From positions 44,206,569-44,253,622 of the forward strand of contig NC_057728.1 of assembly GCF_004010195.1 (NCBI RefSeq): DNA of 47,054 nt, written 5' to 3'. Under the pieces are notes generated by a model. That model was not told where the DNA came from and searched no databases. It saw only the letters and a list, made by a program, of their open reading frames with translations. Of the stretch, positions 1 through 12,409 are shown in pieces. The position numbers and the translations under genes are program-made. The DNA is from Chiloscyllium plagiosum (Eukaryota). How positions within the stretch are numbered: the first letter of the stretch is position 1; every line of letters begins with the position of its first letter.

Positions 1-727
1 CCTAATCATTGCTGAGCTGTATCTGGTTCAGGCGGCAAATGGCAAAACTCCACGCCTGGGCATTCACCCCTTTTACACTCATTCACTTTGTACCTAATTT
101 AAATAATTTGCAAAGTATTCCATTTATCATTATTACAATGCATAGTACACACAGATACTGTAGGATTTCATTCATTTTCACATTCAATCAAAGTTTAAAA
201 AAGCTTAGAAGAATTAACACATTGCTTAGGCAGTTGTGAAAAGGAGTATGTTAACATTGATTTGATTTTCAGTTCCTGGGTGAAAGATTACAATTAATGG
301 TAAATAGGTTAGTGCAAATAAGTGCAAATGAATAGCACACAAAAAATGTGCTTCACTTTAATTCCAATTTGAATAGAGTTAATTTTCCAATAGAATGTAA
401 CTTCAGATTCATAATTATTGTTCACTAAATGTTACATGGAAAGTGTTATAGTTGATAATTTAGCAGTATAACATAGAACAATATGACATTAAGAAGTAAT
501 CTTTTTCGCTTCTTGAATAATTGGCTAAATGCTCAGCTAAAGATTTATATTGTTATCATCAGCCACTTCTGTGAAAAATTCATGCTAAGGCCAACTGACC
601 CCCTATCCAATCATTAATAATTCTACGCAATGAACTGAGGATGAGGCAATCAGAATAGTTTCTCATAGTCTTTGGAATACCACAACAAAGTCAGGATGTA
701 AACGTGTTGAATTGATATCATCTTATA

Positions 728-860
728 GAGGTGCCGGTGTCGGATTGGAGTGGACAAAGTCAGAAGCCACACAACACCAGGTTATAATCCAACAAGTTTA
801 TTTAAAATCACAAGCTTTTGGATTGCTGCTTCTGCGTCAGACGAAGTGCACTTGACTTCT
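728..860 (-). mobile_element. Short Penelope-type terminal-repeat (pLTR) remnant with a dead hammerhead motif
   Basis: Resembles a common shark repeat (gtggacaaagt...cacacaacaccaggttata.tccaaca.gtttattt). The minus strand of 809-840 reads CTGACGC-AGAAGCAGCAATCC-AAAAGCTTGTG, a decayed CUGAUGA...GAAA core. Confidence 0.5.
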
Positions 861-2219
861 GATTATATCATCTTAGACTGGAGAACTTATCATCAATATT
901 ATTGTGAGCATACTCTGCGCTTCATAAGTACAAATACATGTTAGCCTGAAGCTTAGGACTGTATCTTTATGTTTGCTGATGTTGAGGGAGATCAAGGAGA
1001 AATGATTATTTTCAGAAATTAAAATCATTTGACATGAATGTTAAAAGTATCAGAATTTGAAAATAAACTTGAGGTGAGATCATTCTGTGACTATTGTAAA
1101 AGTTTAGATTATAGCTGTAATGAAAACAGTATATCTTTGCTTTGAAGCTTCATTCATATGGCACAACATAGTTTTGGCTTCCATTTCAAAGTAAAATGGC
1201 ACTAATTGGAGATCAAAGCCATGGGTACGGATCAAGCCAAGTAAAAACGGTCTGAATGTGAGGCTTGAAGTCACATGTTTTTCTTGGCTTAATAAATTAC
1301 TGCCCAAATTTCAAAGTGTTTTGCATTCTTATACTGGCATATTCACACATGTGCATCTTTGATTGGAGGTGACTTTTACAGAGATGAATCATTGCATGAA
1401 TCTGGTCCATTGATAATGTATTTATTTTGCAGCAAAAATGTAACATATGTCAGCTAAGATTATAAAGTGCAGTTAACCTTGCTAAAAAGGATGTAATGTG
1501 TTATTTTTGTTCCCAGAATATGAACAAGCTTGACAAGGTGATATTTAAATTCATGACTACTTATCCTGAGATATTAAGGCTCAACTACATTGTAATGGAA
1601 GAGAAGACAGGGACTGTCAGTTTCTTGCTCTGATGGATATTAGTGAATAAGTTGGTTTTACTGCAAGCCAGTAACCTTTGCACTATTATTTTTGGTATAA
1701 TCACAAAAATAAGCTAATTTGTGGAACTTAGATTCATAACTTGCTTCAATGAGATTTGAACTTATAACCCAGTTTGCTTTCCAGTAACCACAATACTACT
1801 GTGTCTGCACTGATATTCTTTGCCCTCAAATTTGTCATCTGTTTAATTCCAACCTTGTTCTCCATATTCTTTAATATGTCTCTTTTTCAAACAACTATTA
1901 ATTTCTCTTTTGCGCTCTGCTTCAGTGATGATTTTTGGCAGAGAATTTAACATTGTAAGATGCCTGCTGTGCAAATAAATTTGTTTTGTGATTATGTTAC
2001 ATTTGCTGTCTTTCAAAACGTTTTAGCTGAGCACTCAAAACCCTTCATCACATTGAAAGACCTTTAACTAGTCAACCTCAAATTTCACAACACCAATGTT
2101 CAAAATGTTTGTCAAAGCAGGATGATAGTACATGCACGTAAACAGACAAAGTGTGGTGAATGAGGCTGGTGAACTACAAGCATGGACAATAATGTGGGAA
2201 TATGATGGCAGTGGCAAAT

Positions 2220-3197
2220 CAGAGGTGGGGCTTAAAACAGTGATGACTGGGCACTTAAGTACAATGATTTATGCATTCAGTAAAGATATAGAATGAACAA
2301 TGTGGCAATAATGCTTTGGAGATATATTGTTATATTGTAAAGAGAGAACACCTTTGAGGGGCCAAGGGCAGAGTCCATTTGGTTGGAGTTGGGAAGACAA
2401 ATTGGGGGCATTTTATAGGCCTTCAATTAGTGAGAGCGAGAGGGAGAGAGAAAGAAATCTATAGGGGATTCACAGATGTGCAATAACTGTAGACTGGTGG
2501 TACTGGAGTGTTTTAATCACCCAGATATTGATTGGAATTATGTTATAGGGTAAGGTAGGGGAGGGAAGGCTGGTGTGCTCAGAACTGTGCTCAGTAAAAC
2601 TTTCTTGATCAGAATGCTGTCAGTCCAACTGGAAAGGAGGGATTGCTAGGTCTGGTGTTGGAAAGTGATGTGGCTCAATCTACCAACCATCTGTGGGGAA
2701 ACTTTGGATAAGAGTGATCTTTGTAACATGCAAGTTCTGTTGGCAGTTACAAAGGCAAATGTAATGTTAGAATTCATTTCAAGAGGGCTAGAATACAGAT
2801 ATGGATGCTGAGTCTGTATGAAGCTCTGATCAGACTGCATTTGGAATCTTGTAAGCAGTTTTGGGCCCTGGATCTAAGGCAGAATGTGCGGGCATGGGAG
2901 GGTGTCCAGAGGAGGTTTACATGAATGATTCTGGGAATTAAGGGCTTGTCCTATGAGGAACAGTTGAGGACTCTGGGTCTGTACTTGATGGAATTCAGAA
3001 GAATGATGGGGGGATTCTCAGTGAAACTTACAGAATACTGAGAGGTCTTCATTGAGTGGACGTGGAGAAGATGTTTCTACAAGCAGGGGAGACTAGGACC
3101 CGAGGGTACAACATCAGAATGCAGGGATGACCCTTTAGAACTGAGATGAGGAGGAATTTCTTCAGCCTCATTCTACGCATATGTCTTATGGTCTTAT
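2220..3197 (+). mobile_element. Decayed CR1 LINE (endonuclease piece joined to RT C-terminus and 3' tail)
   Basis: Degenerate APE motifs (FNHPDIDW, LLGLVL) are followed by RT C-terminal-like sequence (gtccagaggaggtttaca = VQRRFT). It ends in a tcttatggtcttat tail. Confidence 0.8.
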
Positions 3198-3214
3198 CAC
3201 TGTATATGAAACTT

Positions 3215-4460
3215 TAGATTGATAATAGAGATAAACAAGGAACAGTTAAATATAGAGTTTCTAAATTGGAAGAAGGCAAATCAAAGTGAAATGAGAAGGA
3301 ACCTAAATTAAGTAAATGAGATTGATGAGAAAATCTGTAATGGATCAATCTGCGGTTTGTAAAGAGGAGATCCTTCAGGCTACGTGCATTCCAACAAGGG
3401 TAAAAGGCAAGGGAGCCACAAACAAGGCTTCTTAAATATGGTGAAACAGAAAAGGAGGGTGCAGCGAGCATGTCTTGTTGAGATTAGAGCCATGTTGAAT
3501 ACCATTGATTGACAGTGGAAGGAAAGATAAAAATAAGACTGAAAAAGAGAGATTATGAGAACAGAATGACAGTAAAATTAAAAGGGAACCCAAAAGTCCT
3601 ATTACAGCATGAAAATAGGAAGAATGTATTAAGAGATGTATTGTTCTACTGAGGACAAAAGAGACAAATATGTTTTCAGGGGCACAGAAAAGGGCCAGAT
3701 TATTTAAACTTTTTTTTGTATTGGTATTTAATAAGGTAGACAATTTTGACAAAATATTAGTACAAGCAATGACAGTGCTGAATTGTGGAAAATGAAAGGA
3801 GAAGTTACTGGAAAGCTGGGTCTGCATACAGAAAGCCACCTCGTCTGGATGGCTGTGTCTCATTCTGCTAAAGGGGCTGGGATGGAAATAGCAGGAATGC
3901 TTGTCTTAATTTTTCAAGCTTCCTTACAGATTGGTCAGGCACCATTATACAAGAAAAGATGCAAGGACTGTCTTGACAACTACAGACCAATTAATTTATC
4001 AACAGTAGTGGACAAGACATTGAAATCTAGAAACAGGAAAGAATCTTCAGTCACATGGAGACATTTGAGTTAATTAACAAGAGCTAAATAGATTTGTAAA
4101 AGATAGATAATACTCAGATAATCTAAATGAATACTTGGGTGAAGTTACAGTGAAGGATATTTACGGTGGATGTTATCTGTCTGGATTTAAGAAAACATTC
4201 AACAAAGTACCAGTTAAAAGGCTGATTAACAAAATTGAAGCTTATAGAATATGAGAGCCCGTATACAATTGGATAGGGGAAATTGGTTTAGATCAGAAAG
4301 TAGCATGTTGTCATAAATTGTTGTTTTTTTGAACTGATAGAGCAGTGTTGGCAGCGATGTTCCCTAAGGACCAGCATTTATTATCCATCTATAATTTCCC
4401 TTATTGTATTGCTCAGTCGGGAGCTGCTTGGGTTCATTGGGCTGAATAAACTTCTTCTCT
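3215..4460 (+). mobile_element. Old, highly degenerate CR1 LINE ORF2 fragment
   Basis: DCLDNYRPINLSTVVDK in ORF 3783-4073, followed by degenerate D.KKTFNKVP and VP*GP motifs of CR1 RT. Confidence 0.75.
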
Positions 4461-5178
4461 GCCATAATTGGATCAATGATTCTTAGTTCTTGTACTACTT
4501 TTCATAACCATAAGATCCGATTCCAGTAAATCCATCATGAGTCAATGGCACACCTTTGCCAATGCTTTTCTATCCTTCTAAATGTGACTTATTGTGGCAC
4601 AATTAAGGTCTGGTTTAAATTCAATGTCATTTTGCATCCAGTTGTAAACTAAGCATTTTGTTTTTCTTTCTTTTAATGGCCTTAAACATGTGTACTGCAA
4701 ACTTTTAATGAACATTTCATGCATCTAGGTCACTCGGTTGTTTTTTTCTCCATTTAACATCGAATAAATATTACTTTCTGCGTCCTTACTTCCAAATTAA
4801 TCAATTTATACTTTGCTATGCTGAAATATTACCTACCTGTCTATCCTGCCTGTGGTTTTTTACCAGTTTCCCTATGTCCCCTACACTCTTCTGACACAGC
4901 CCCAATTTCAGCAAATTGCAACATTATTCCTGCAATCCTTTGCTCTACTTCACTGCATACATACTGAAAGGCATAACTCTAAAACTGACACTTTTTGTTG
5001 ACCACTCAGAACATATTTTCATTCTAATGAACTTTCTTGTGCCGCTTGTTGCTGCTTTCTCCCCACCAATCATCATTTTTTGGACAACCAATGTGTTAGT
5101 TGGTAATTACAGCATCACGGTGGCTCAATGTTTAGCACTGCTGCCTCACAGCACCAGGGACCAGGCTTTGATTCCAGT

Positions 5179-5680
5179 TCAAAGTTGCTGTGGTTCTGTT
5201 CGTCGAGCTGGAAGTTTTTGTTGCAAACGTTTCGTCCCCTGGCTAGGCAACATCATCAGTGCTTCGGAGCCTCCTGCGAAGCGCTTCTTTGATGTTTCCT
5301 CCGGTGTTTATAGTGGTCTGTCCCTGCCGCTTCCGGTTGTCAGTTTCAGCTGTCCGCTGTAGTGGTTGGTATATTGGGTCCAGGTCGCTGTGTTTGTTGA
5401 TGGAGTTTGTGGATGAATGCCATGCCTCTAGGAATTCCCTGGCTGTTCTCTGTCTGGTTTGCCCTATGATAGTAGTGTTGTCCCAGTCGAATTCATGTTG
5501 CTTGTTGTCTGTGTGTGTGGCTACTAAGGATAGCTGGTCGTGTTGTTTCGTGGCTAGTTGATGTTCATGTATGCGGATTGTTAGCTGTCTTCTTGTTTGT
5601 CCTATATAATGTTTAGTGCAGTCCTTGCATGGTATTTTGTACACTACATTCGTCTTGCTCATGTTGGGTATCATGTTGGG
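5179..5680 (-). mobile_element. 5'-truncated Penelope-like retroelement (GIY-YIG endonuclease end plus pLTR)
   Basis: Open frame NVVYKIPCKDCTKHYIGQTRRQLTIRIHEH...REFLEAWH...SIN is the Penelope GIY-YIG domain. It is flanked by a 12-bp direct repeat TTTGATTCCAGT (5167-5178 and 5681-5692). Confidence 0.92.
5223..5262 (-). ncRNA. Minimal type I hammerhead ribozyme motif in the Penelope pLTR
   Basis: Minus strand reads GCA-CUGAUGA-U-GUUGCCU-AGCC-AGGGGAC-GAAA-CG-UU-UGC. Both core boxes are intact, stem I is GCA/UGC, stem II has 6 of 7 pairs, and stem III is the palindromic ACGU. Confidence 0.75.
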
Positions 5681-6954
5681 TTTGATTCCAGTCTCAGGAG
5701 ACTGTGTGATATTTTCACATTCTCCCCATGTCTGCGTGGGTTTCCTCTGGGTGCTCCAGTTTCCTCCCGCAGTCCAAAGATGGCAGATTAGGTGGATTGG
5801 CCACGCTAAATTGTCCATAGTGTCCAGAGATGAGCAGGCTAGATGGGTTAGCCAACGGAAATGCAGGAATGGGGTGGATCTAGGTAGGATGTTCTTCACA
5901 GGGTTGGTGTAGGCTGAATGGCCTGCTTCCAGCTGGAGGGATTCCATGAGGTAATGTTTCTGTTGGTAAGTTTCACTTTTTAAAACATCTCTGCTGAAGT
6001 AACAAGGTAAATGTTCAATTTGTCAGCTGGCTGTAAAATTGGCTCACAGAACAACTGCCCACTATAGGAACGAACTGATTTTCTTCTCTAGTTTTATGCC
6101 TGAGCAGTAAATTGTGAGTTCAGTAGCAGACTTTACTCAGTTGATAAAACTTTATTGTAAATATTTTAGTTGTATTTTCTTCTCTAAATGATCATTAATT
6201 ATTTGCTATATTTCATCAGGCCAGCAAAAGACCTTGATCATAGGGTCTGAACTGTTAATAGCTCTCAATTGGGTATATTAAAGCCAGAAATAAAACATTA
6301 ATCTACTTTATTGTTCCAATAGATCTCTATTTGGCATCTAATATTATGAATAATAATATTGTTTCTCATATGGGACCTTTTCTTGGAACTGGAGTAACTG
6401 GCTAGTGTTGAAAGATTTTCTTCCTTTGCTGTTCATCGATGTTCAATTTCTCGATGAAACAGTAACAGAGACATTCAAAACTTTTGGCAGGAAACTGTTT
6501 GTGAGGTGAATGAGCACTATGACGCAAAGCACCTTTAAACTTAATTATTTTCTTAATTTGTTTCTAAGAATTCTGTGAAATGCTGGAGAATTATGGAAAT
6601 ATATTTGGAGGGCATGACAAATGATGCTCGTCTTCTACCCTTCCTGCCAACTACGAAACACAATCTCCAACTTCAACTCATCAAACATAGTGGTGCCATA
6701 AATGTGGTCAAATGTTTAAACAAAGCTGTGAAACAATCTGATAATATTCTCAGTAGGGCAGCGCATACTTTTTTACAAAAACATTATGGTGTAAGTTACT
6801 TAGCCCAGGAAGGGTTCTATAGGTCCTAAATTGATGAGTCTTATTATCAGACTGATAAGAGGCCTGCTAAATTTGGATTTGAAGTGAGAGAAAGATCAAT
6901 CAAGGTTCCAACTCCTGATGTAAAATGCAACGCAATGCACTGCTGACAAAAGGA

Positions 6955-7101
6955 AAAAATACAGAAAATTATAGAAAGATCCAGAAGGTTTGGTAGTATC
7001 ATTGGTGAGAGAAACAAAGTTAATATTTCAAATACAATGTCAGCAATCTGAAATGAATGCCACTAAACCAGCTGTGTATTTACAGTATTTTTGGTTTTTA
7101 T
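6955..7101. mobile_element. Degenerate palindromic pLTR-type repeat
   Basis: Arms (aaaatacagaaaatt...gagagaaacaaagttaatatttca and ccagctgtgtatttacagtattttt) resemble the elements at 20253-20870 and 30639-30741. Confidence 0.45.
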
Positions 7102-7157
7102 CCAAATCCTGGTCTACTCAATGGATCCTGCTGGAAGGTGCATGCTAATGCATAAAT

Positions 7158-7485
7158 GGGAGGTGGTGGCATAGTTGCAATGTCACTGGCATTGTAATCC
7201 AGTAATCCCAAATTAATGGTGGAGTCGATGGGTCACATCCCAACATGAAGAAACTTGAATTCACAGATAATATTGAATTGAAAAAGAAGTTCAATAATGA
7301 TGCTGCAAACATTCAATGGACGTAAAAACACACCTGGTTCACTAAAGGGAAGGAAATATGCCTGGTCGGGCCTACATGTGACCCACAGCAATGTGCCCCT
7401 AAAATTTGACAACATTCTGGTCGATTAGGGATGGGCTATAAATGTTGGCCTAGTCAGAAACACCTGCATCCCTTGAATGAATTGA
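7158..7485 (+). mobile_element. tRNA-derived SINE with L2-like 3' tail
   Basis: Head ggaggtggtggcatagttgcaatgtcactgg. Core ctggttcactaa...gggaaggaaat...ggcctacatgtgac. Tail gggatgggctataaatgttggcc is shared with copies at 20407 and 28311 and with the LINE end at about 26860-26925. Confidence 0.8.
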
Positions 7486-8011
7486 AAATGTATGGCATGG
7501 GGGCAGAACCTAGCTTTGTTCTGATGCTCTGTACTTGTGTTAGCAGCCTTGGCTCATAAATGATCACCTGAAAAGTGTGGGCACCAAAGAATTAATTGTC
7601 AACACTGCCTGAAATCAAAGAAGGAAGGGAAACAGTGAAAGGTGTATCCATGTTTAATGCTTTGAGCACTATAGGTGTTTCTGCTATGCTGCTTAAAAAA
7701 ACAATAGTGCAATAGAATTTGCACAAAACCTTTGCTGATACTTTGAATCGTTAGGGTATTTTCATTTAAATGCAATTTAGAACACAGTAATTATATCTAT
7801 AACAAGTAACAGTTTCAGGGAGATGTCCTTCATGTGGAAAGTACAATACCTGACTGGCTTTCCCATGGTATGTGATGCGTTTGCTGCACTGTCCTCCATG
7901 TTAAACATCTGGTAGCACTGTCAGCTCTACTATATGAAATGTAAACCGTTTTTATGACACGTGTCTGAAGTCAGATTTCATTTCATTTGAAAACTGTTTT
8001 TTGTTCATCAG

Positions 8012-8075
8012 ACAAGCTGGCCTGAATGCAGCAGCTGAGAAACATTATGGATTGGCAGCAGGACTGCGACCCAAC
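8012..8075 (+). CDS. TMTC2: TMTC2 penultimate coding exon (64 nt, TPR region)
   Basis: Acceptor ttttttgttcatcag precedes 8012 and donor gtaagt follows 8075. Translation (R)QAGLNAAAEKHYGLAAGLRPN matches my recollection of vertebrate TMTC2 RQASLNEAAEKYYDLAARLRPN. It splices in frame to the exon at 17670. Confidence 0.93.
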
Positions 8076-9989
8076 GTAAGTGAATACAGCCATAAGCAGA
8101 ACAGCGACATCCCATGATCAGTACAAACCTCTATATATTACATCATCTGAAAACAATGCCCCACCCCTCCCCCATTAAATGCATTTAAAGTTGCGGTTAC
8201 ACAGCATTATGAGTTTGGGACCAGTGGCACTGCCAGAAAGAACTGTTACATTGTTTGGCTGAGGAACTGTACTATTGAAGGACAGAACTCTGTGTATGCC
8301 TACAAGCATGTTCGATGCTCTTTCACCTGATAAAGACTTTATGTAAAAGGATGTTTGTTTTTTCAATTTTGTTTTACAAAAAGAATGTGGTAATTTTATA
8401 AAGTGTTTCAGCAGGACTAACTTTTCTAATTTGCCTCAGTTCTGCTCTGAAGTATATTCCACATAATATTGAGCTCAGATGGTGTGAGAAAGCCTCTCTG
8501 AGGGGCCTCCTGATATTGAACTCCAGATTTAGATGTTGTCCTGATGCTGGAGTCTTGCTGCGACTTTCATGCTGATACACAGTGGAAACCGCACCCTAAA
8601 TTCCTAAATCTCTGTTTCAACATTTCAGAACCATGTGGATACATATGAGAAATTCTCATGAGGAATGCTACATTGCAGAAAATAATATATTTCAAAGCAT
8701 GATATTTTGCACTCTTTTTAATTGGATAGTCTAGATTACAAAGTGTGATAATATTTGCATTGACTACCCCCGCAGATACAGGAACTGTTGATAGGGAACC
8801 TGCGGTGAAAAGAATTAGAGTAATAGACTGCTAAATTAACAGTTTGCAAGAAATTATATTTAATTATGAACTTAACGCATAACTCCAGAACTTATGAGGT
8901 AAAACTACAGCTGTATAAACACTATACATTAGTGCTGGAATGCAGTAAACAGATACACAATTAAATGTACTTTTATCTATAGTTAGAAGTCATTATTTTG
9001 GTCTGAACCACAAGCATTTGTTACATGTCAAGAAATGTTACAATACTTATTCTGTAAAAATCCTTATTCAGGGTTGATCTAAATAGTTCACATTACTTTT
9101 AGACATCATCAATGGGAGGCAGTAAAATACATTATTACAGAAAAATGAGTTTTCATACATAAAACTTTAAACTTTTCATGCATAAAACATTAACAACTGT
9201 GTAAGTCACAAGAAAATCTGTTATATCGGTGATATTGGTAAGCTGAAGTGCTATTTATAATTTTGATCAGACTTATTTTCATGTTGCGATGTTTGACTTT
9301 GAGCCAACATGACAAAACAAGTATCACGGTAGGGTGCTTTTGTGATGATACTCAATCTACATTTTCAAAGGACATGCTTCTCTCGAAAGTTTTGCATGAG
9401 GACACTAAATAATTTTGATGTGTATGGCATGATATATTTGATGAAACGTATTATTATGACATTTTGCTGAATATCAACTTCTTTACTAGCTCAATGAGCT
9501 TCCTCATGATTATTCAATCGAAACCATGTCCTATTACAGGTTACTCTGAACTTGGAAGTTCACCTAATGTCCTGGGTATATTTATGTAGAAATTGTATTT
9601 TCAAAATTTTTTGTTGTTGGAAATTTTCAGGAATATAAATCCAATGAGAAAACCAATATCTATTCTGTATGTGCTAATGGGTTGGCAAGTGGACTGTGAC
9701 TGGTAGAGGCGTTGCCATGGGCAATGGATAAATTAATGATGATTGACAGTTAACAATCAGGCTTGTTTAAATTTTAAATCAGCAGGTTCAGGGCCAACAG
9801 CTGCTCTGCCCTCTGAGGGTTACGTCAATGCCAAATGATATGCTGATTTGTTCATGTCCAGCTTTTCCAGCCTCTGATATACATGCACCTTGGAGGTCTA
9901 TGCAGCAATTGGTTTAGTTAGAGAGAACGTAAGTGAGGACAGTATGCTCAGAAATAGATCAGCAAATGTCTGTCACCTTGAGTTGAAAC

Positions 9990-10440
9990 AGCCATAGTGT
10001 GCATGCATATTCTTCCTATCAAACATTTGACCTTGTATATTGACATATTCAGCTTTCAGTGTTGCAAGTGCACCACACTACCAGCTTGACTGACAATCTT
10101 AAATTCTTTGCACACTCACGATTATCCAGCAAATGTTCTTCACTTTGCAGAATCACATCTAGTATTATATACCATGTTGCAAGATTTACAAATGTGTGCA
10201 AATTGGGTGTGGTCAGTACCTTGCATTTTGCAATAGCCAAAGCAATATGTTGCTCGTTATAATTCTCCAGTCTTTGGGATGTATGGCCTACATATTTGGC
10301 ATCATACTGGCTGTAAAATTCATCTCCCACATCATGCATTTGTGTAATAGGCAGAGTGACTTGTTTGGCTTGATGGCAGCATCCTGCGTTTTTAGCAACA
10401 CTCAAGTTCCTTACTCCCAAACAATTATTTTTATATTGTT
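9990..10440 (-). mobile_element. Old Penelope-like element remnant (degenerate GIY-YIG domain, different family)
   Basis: ORF 10049-10420 contains DVGDEFYSQYDAKYVGHTSQRLENYNEQHI...EHLLDNRECA, a decayed NVVYxFxCxCxxxYVGxTSQRL..RIxQH motif. Associated non-coding sequence may extend to about 9690. Confidence 0.7.
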
Positions 10441-10988
10441 AAGCAGCTCCCTCCATGTATTGAAAAAGTATTAATTGGTTTACCTCCAAGTTATGAGGTG
10501 AATTTGTGAGAAAAATGTTTCAAGAAATATTTGTCTTCCTCCAGGCTGTTACTCAATACTTGAACAGATGTCAGTCACATGCTAGCCTCTTAGCTTGATT
10601 AATGAATGTGGTTAGAATCAGGATAAAGCAGTTAGTTGCTGCCAGGAGGCTTTAGACTTTATTGCCTAAAATATTAGGAAGGCTGACATATTATGCTGAG
10701 GGCAAGTGTCCATCAAATTGCAAAATGAATCCAATGTGACCCATTGCAGACATTGAATTGCTGGCCATGGCTTCTTCCTCACTCATGAATATTGTGTCAT
10801 GAATGGGCTTTAGTCAAGAAGGTTTTGATAGGAGTAGGCCTTTTTTTATTATTTATATTTTAGCTGTCAGTAGCATCTCATTTGTCTCTGAAGTCTGTTT
10901 AAACTTCCATCCCGTATATTTCATGAAAACAGCTGAATGTTGGTCATCTTAGCATTGGCCCAGTCCCAAAAACAAAGACTTGCTAAAA

Positions 10989-12286
10989 CATAGAACATAG
11001 AACAATACAGCCAGAACAGGCCCTTCGGCCCACGATGTTGTGCCGAACATTTGTCCTAGCTTAAGCATTTATCCATGTACCTATCCAATTGCCGCTTAAA
11101 GGTCGCCAATGATTCTGACTCTGCCACTCCCATAGGCAGTGCATTTCATGCCCCCACCCACTCTTTGGGTAAAGAACCTACCCCTGACATCCCCCCTATA
11201 CGTTCCACCCTTCACCTTAAATTTATGTCCCCTTGTAACACTCTGTTGTACCCGGGGAAAAAGTTTCTGACTGTCTACTCTACCTATTCCTCTGATCATC
11301 TTATAAAGCTCTATCAAGTCACCCCTCATCCTTCGCCGTTCCAACAAGAAAAGGCCGAGAACTCTCAACCTACCCTCGTACGACTTCCTCTCCATTCCAG
11401 GCAACATCCTGGTAAATCTTCTCTGCAAAGCAGAGAAATGACATCCAGTGAGAGTGAGTAGACTGTTGTTGGGATGAGGTGAAGGAGCCTCTTGGCAAAA
11501 CCACATCGTCTCCAACCTCATCCGTGTTGGCAGATGTCGTTGGTGATGGTGGGGAGGGCTAATGGAGGGGGGGGTGAAGAGGAGGAACTCAAGCGGCTGC
11601 TGCCTGCACCTGTCTTCAAAGGGACCACTTTCAAGAAGGCATTCTTATTTGTTTTTCCAAAATGGACAACCTCACACTTGGCAGGGTTGAACTCCATCTG
11701 CCACTCCTCAGCCCAGCTCAGCATCATATCTAAGTCCCTTTACAGCCGACAACAGCCCTCCTCACTATCCACAACTCCACCAATCTTCGTATCATCTGCA
11801 AATTTACTGACCCACCCTTCGACTCCCTCTTCCAAGTCATTAATAAAAATTACAAACAGCAGAGGACCTAGAACTAATCCCTGCGGAACTCCACTTGTAA
11901 CTGGGCTCCAGGTTGAATATTTATCATCTACCACCACTCTCTGACTTCGACCGGTTAGCCAGTTTTCTATCCAACTGGCCAAATTTCCCTCTATCCCATT
12001 GCCTCCTGACTTTCCGCATAAGCCTACCATGGGGAACCTTATCAAATGCCTTACTAAAATCCATGCACACTACATCCACTGCTCTACCCTCATCCACATG
12101 CTTGGTCACCTCCTCAAAGAATTCAATAAGACTTGTAAGGCAAGACCTATCCTTCACAAATCCGTGCTAGCTGTCCCTAATCAAGCAGTGTCTTTCCAGA
12201 TACTCATAAATCCTATCCCTCAGTACCCTTTCCATTACTTTGCCTACCACTGAAGACTAACTGGCCTGTAATTCACGGGGTTATCT
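10989..12286 (-). mobile_element. Relatively young 5'-truncated CR1 (HER-like) LINE with an internal foreign segment
   Basis: RT motifs [50 protein letters not shown] and QRRFTRMLPG. Tail GGGCCGAAGGGCCTGTT followed by (CTATGTT)n at 10989-11030. Confidence 0.95.
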
Positions 12287-12409
12287 TAGTCTTTCTTACC
12301 TCCAAATTTGATTTTTCTCCCCTCAGTTCCCTCCTTATTGAACTTCGTTCTTTTAAAATTCCATCATAAAAGAAATAATAAATTTACATTTGTTTGATAT
12401 TTTAAATGC

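Larger units (their letters stand above)
5111..5945 (+). mobile_element. HE1-like V-SINE (tRNA-derived), split by a Penelope insertion (5111-5178 and 5681-5945)
   Basis: tRNA-like head ggtggctcaatgtttagcactgctgcctcacagc, V-domain ttctccccatgtctgcgtgggtttcctctgggtgctccagtttcctccc, and CR1-like tail ggctgaatggcctg. Confidence 0.88.

Noticed and set aside
1517..1537. 21-nt micro-exon (tttttgttcccag ... gtgata)
   Set aside because: Weak donor, an immediate stop in the TMTC2 frame and no similarity to TMTC2; likely chance.
9150..9197. Two-copy ~23-bp repeat (ttttcatacataaaac / ttttcatgcataaaac)
   Set aside because: Ordinary short slippage duplication in an AT-rich intron.
10500..10985. Possible RTE-type LINE remnant on the minus strand
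   Set aside because: Similarity is too faint to support by eye.
11075..12253. Cluster of 70-150 aa ORFs as host genes
   Set aside because: They are sense and antisense frames of a frameshifted CR1 ORF2.
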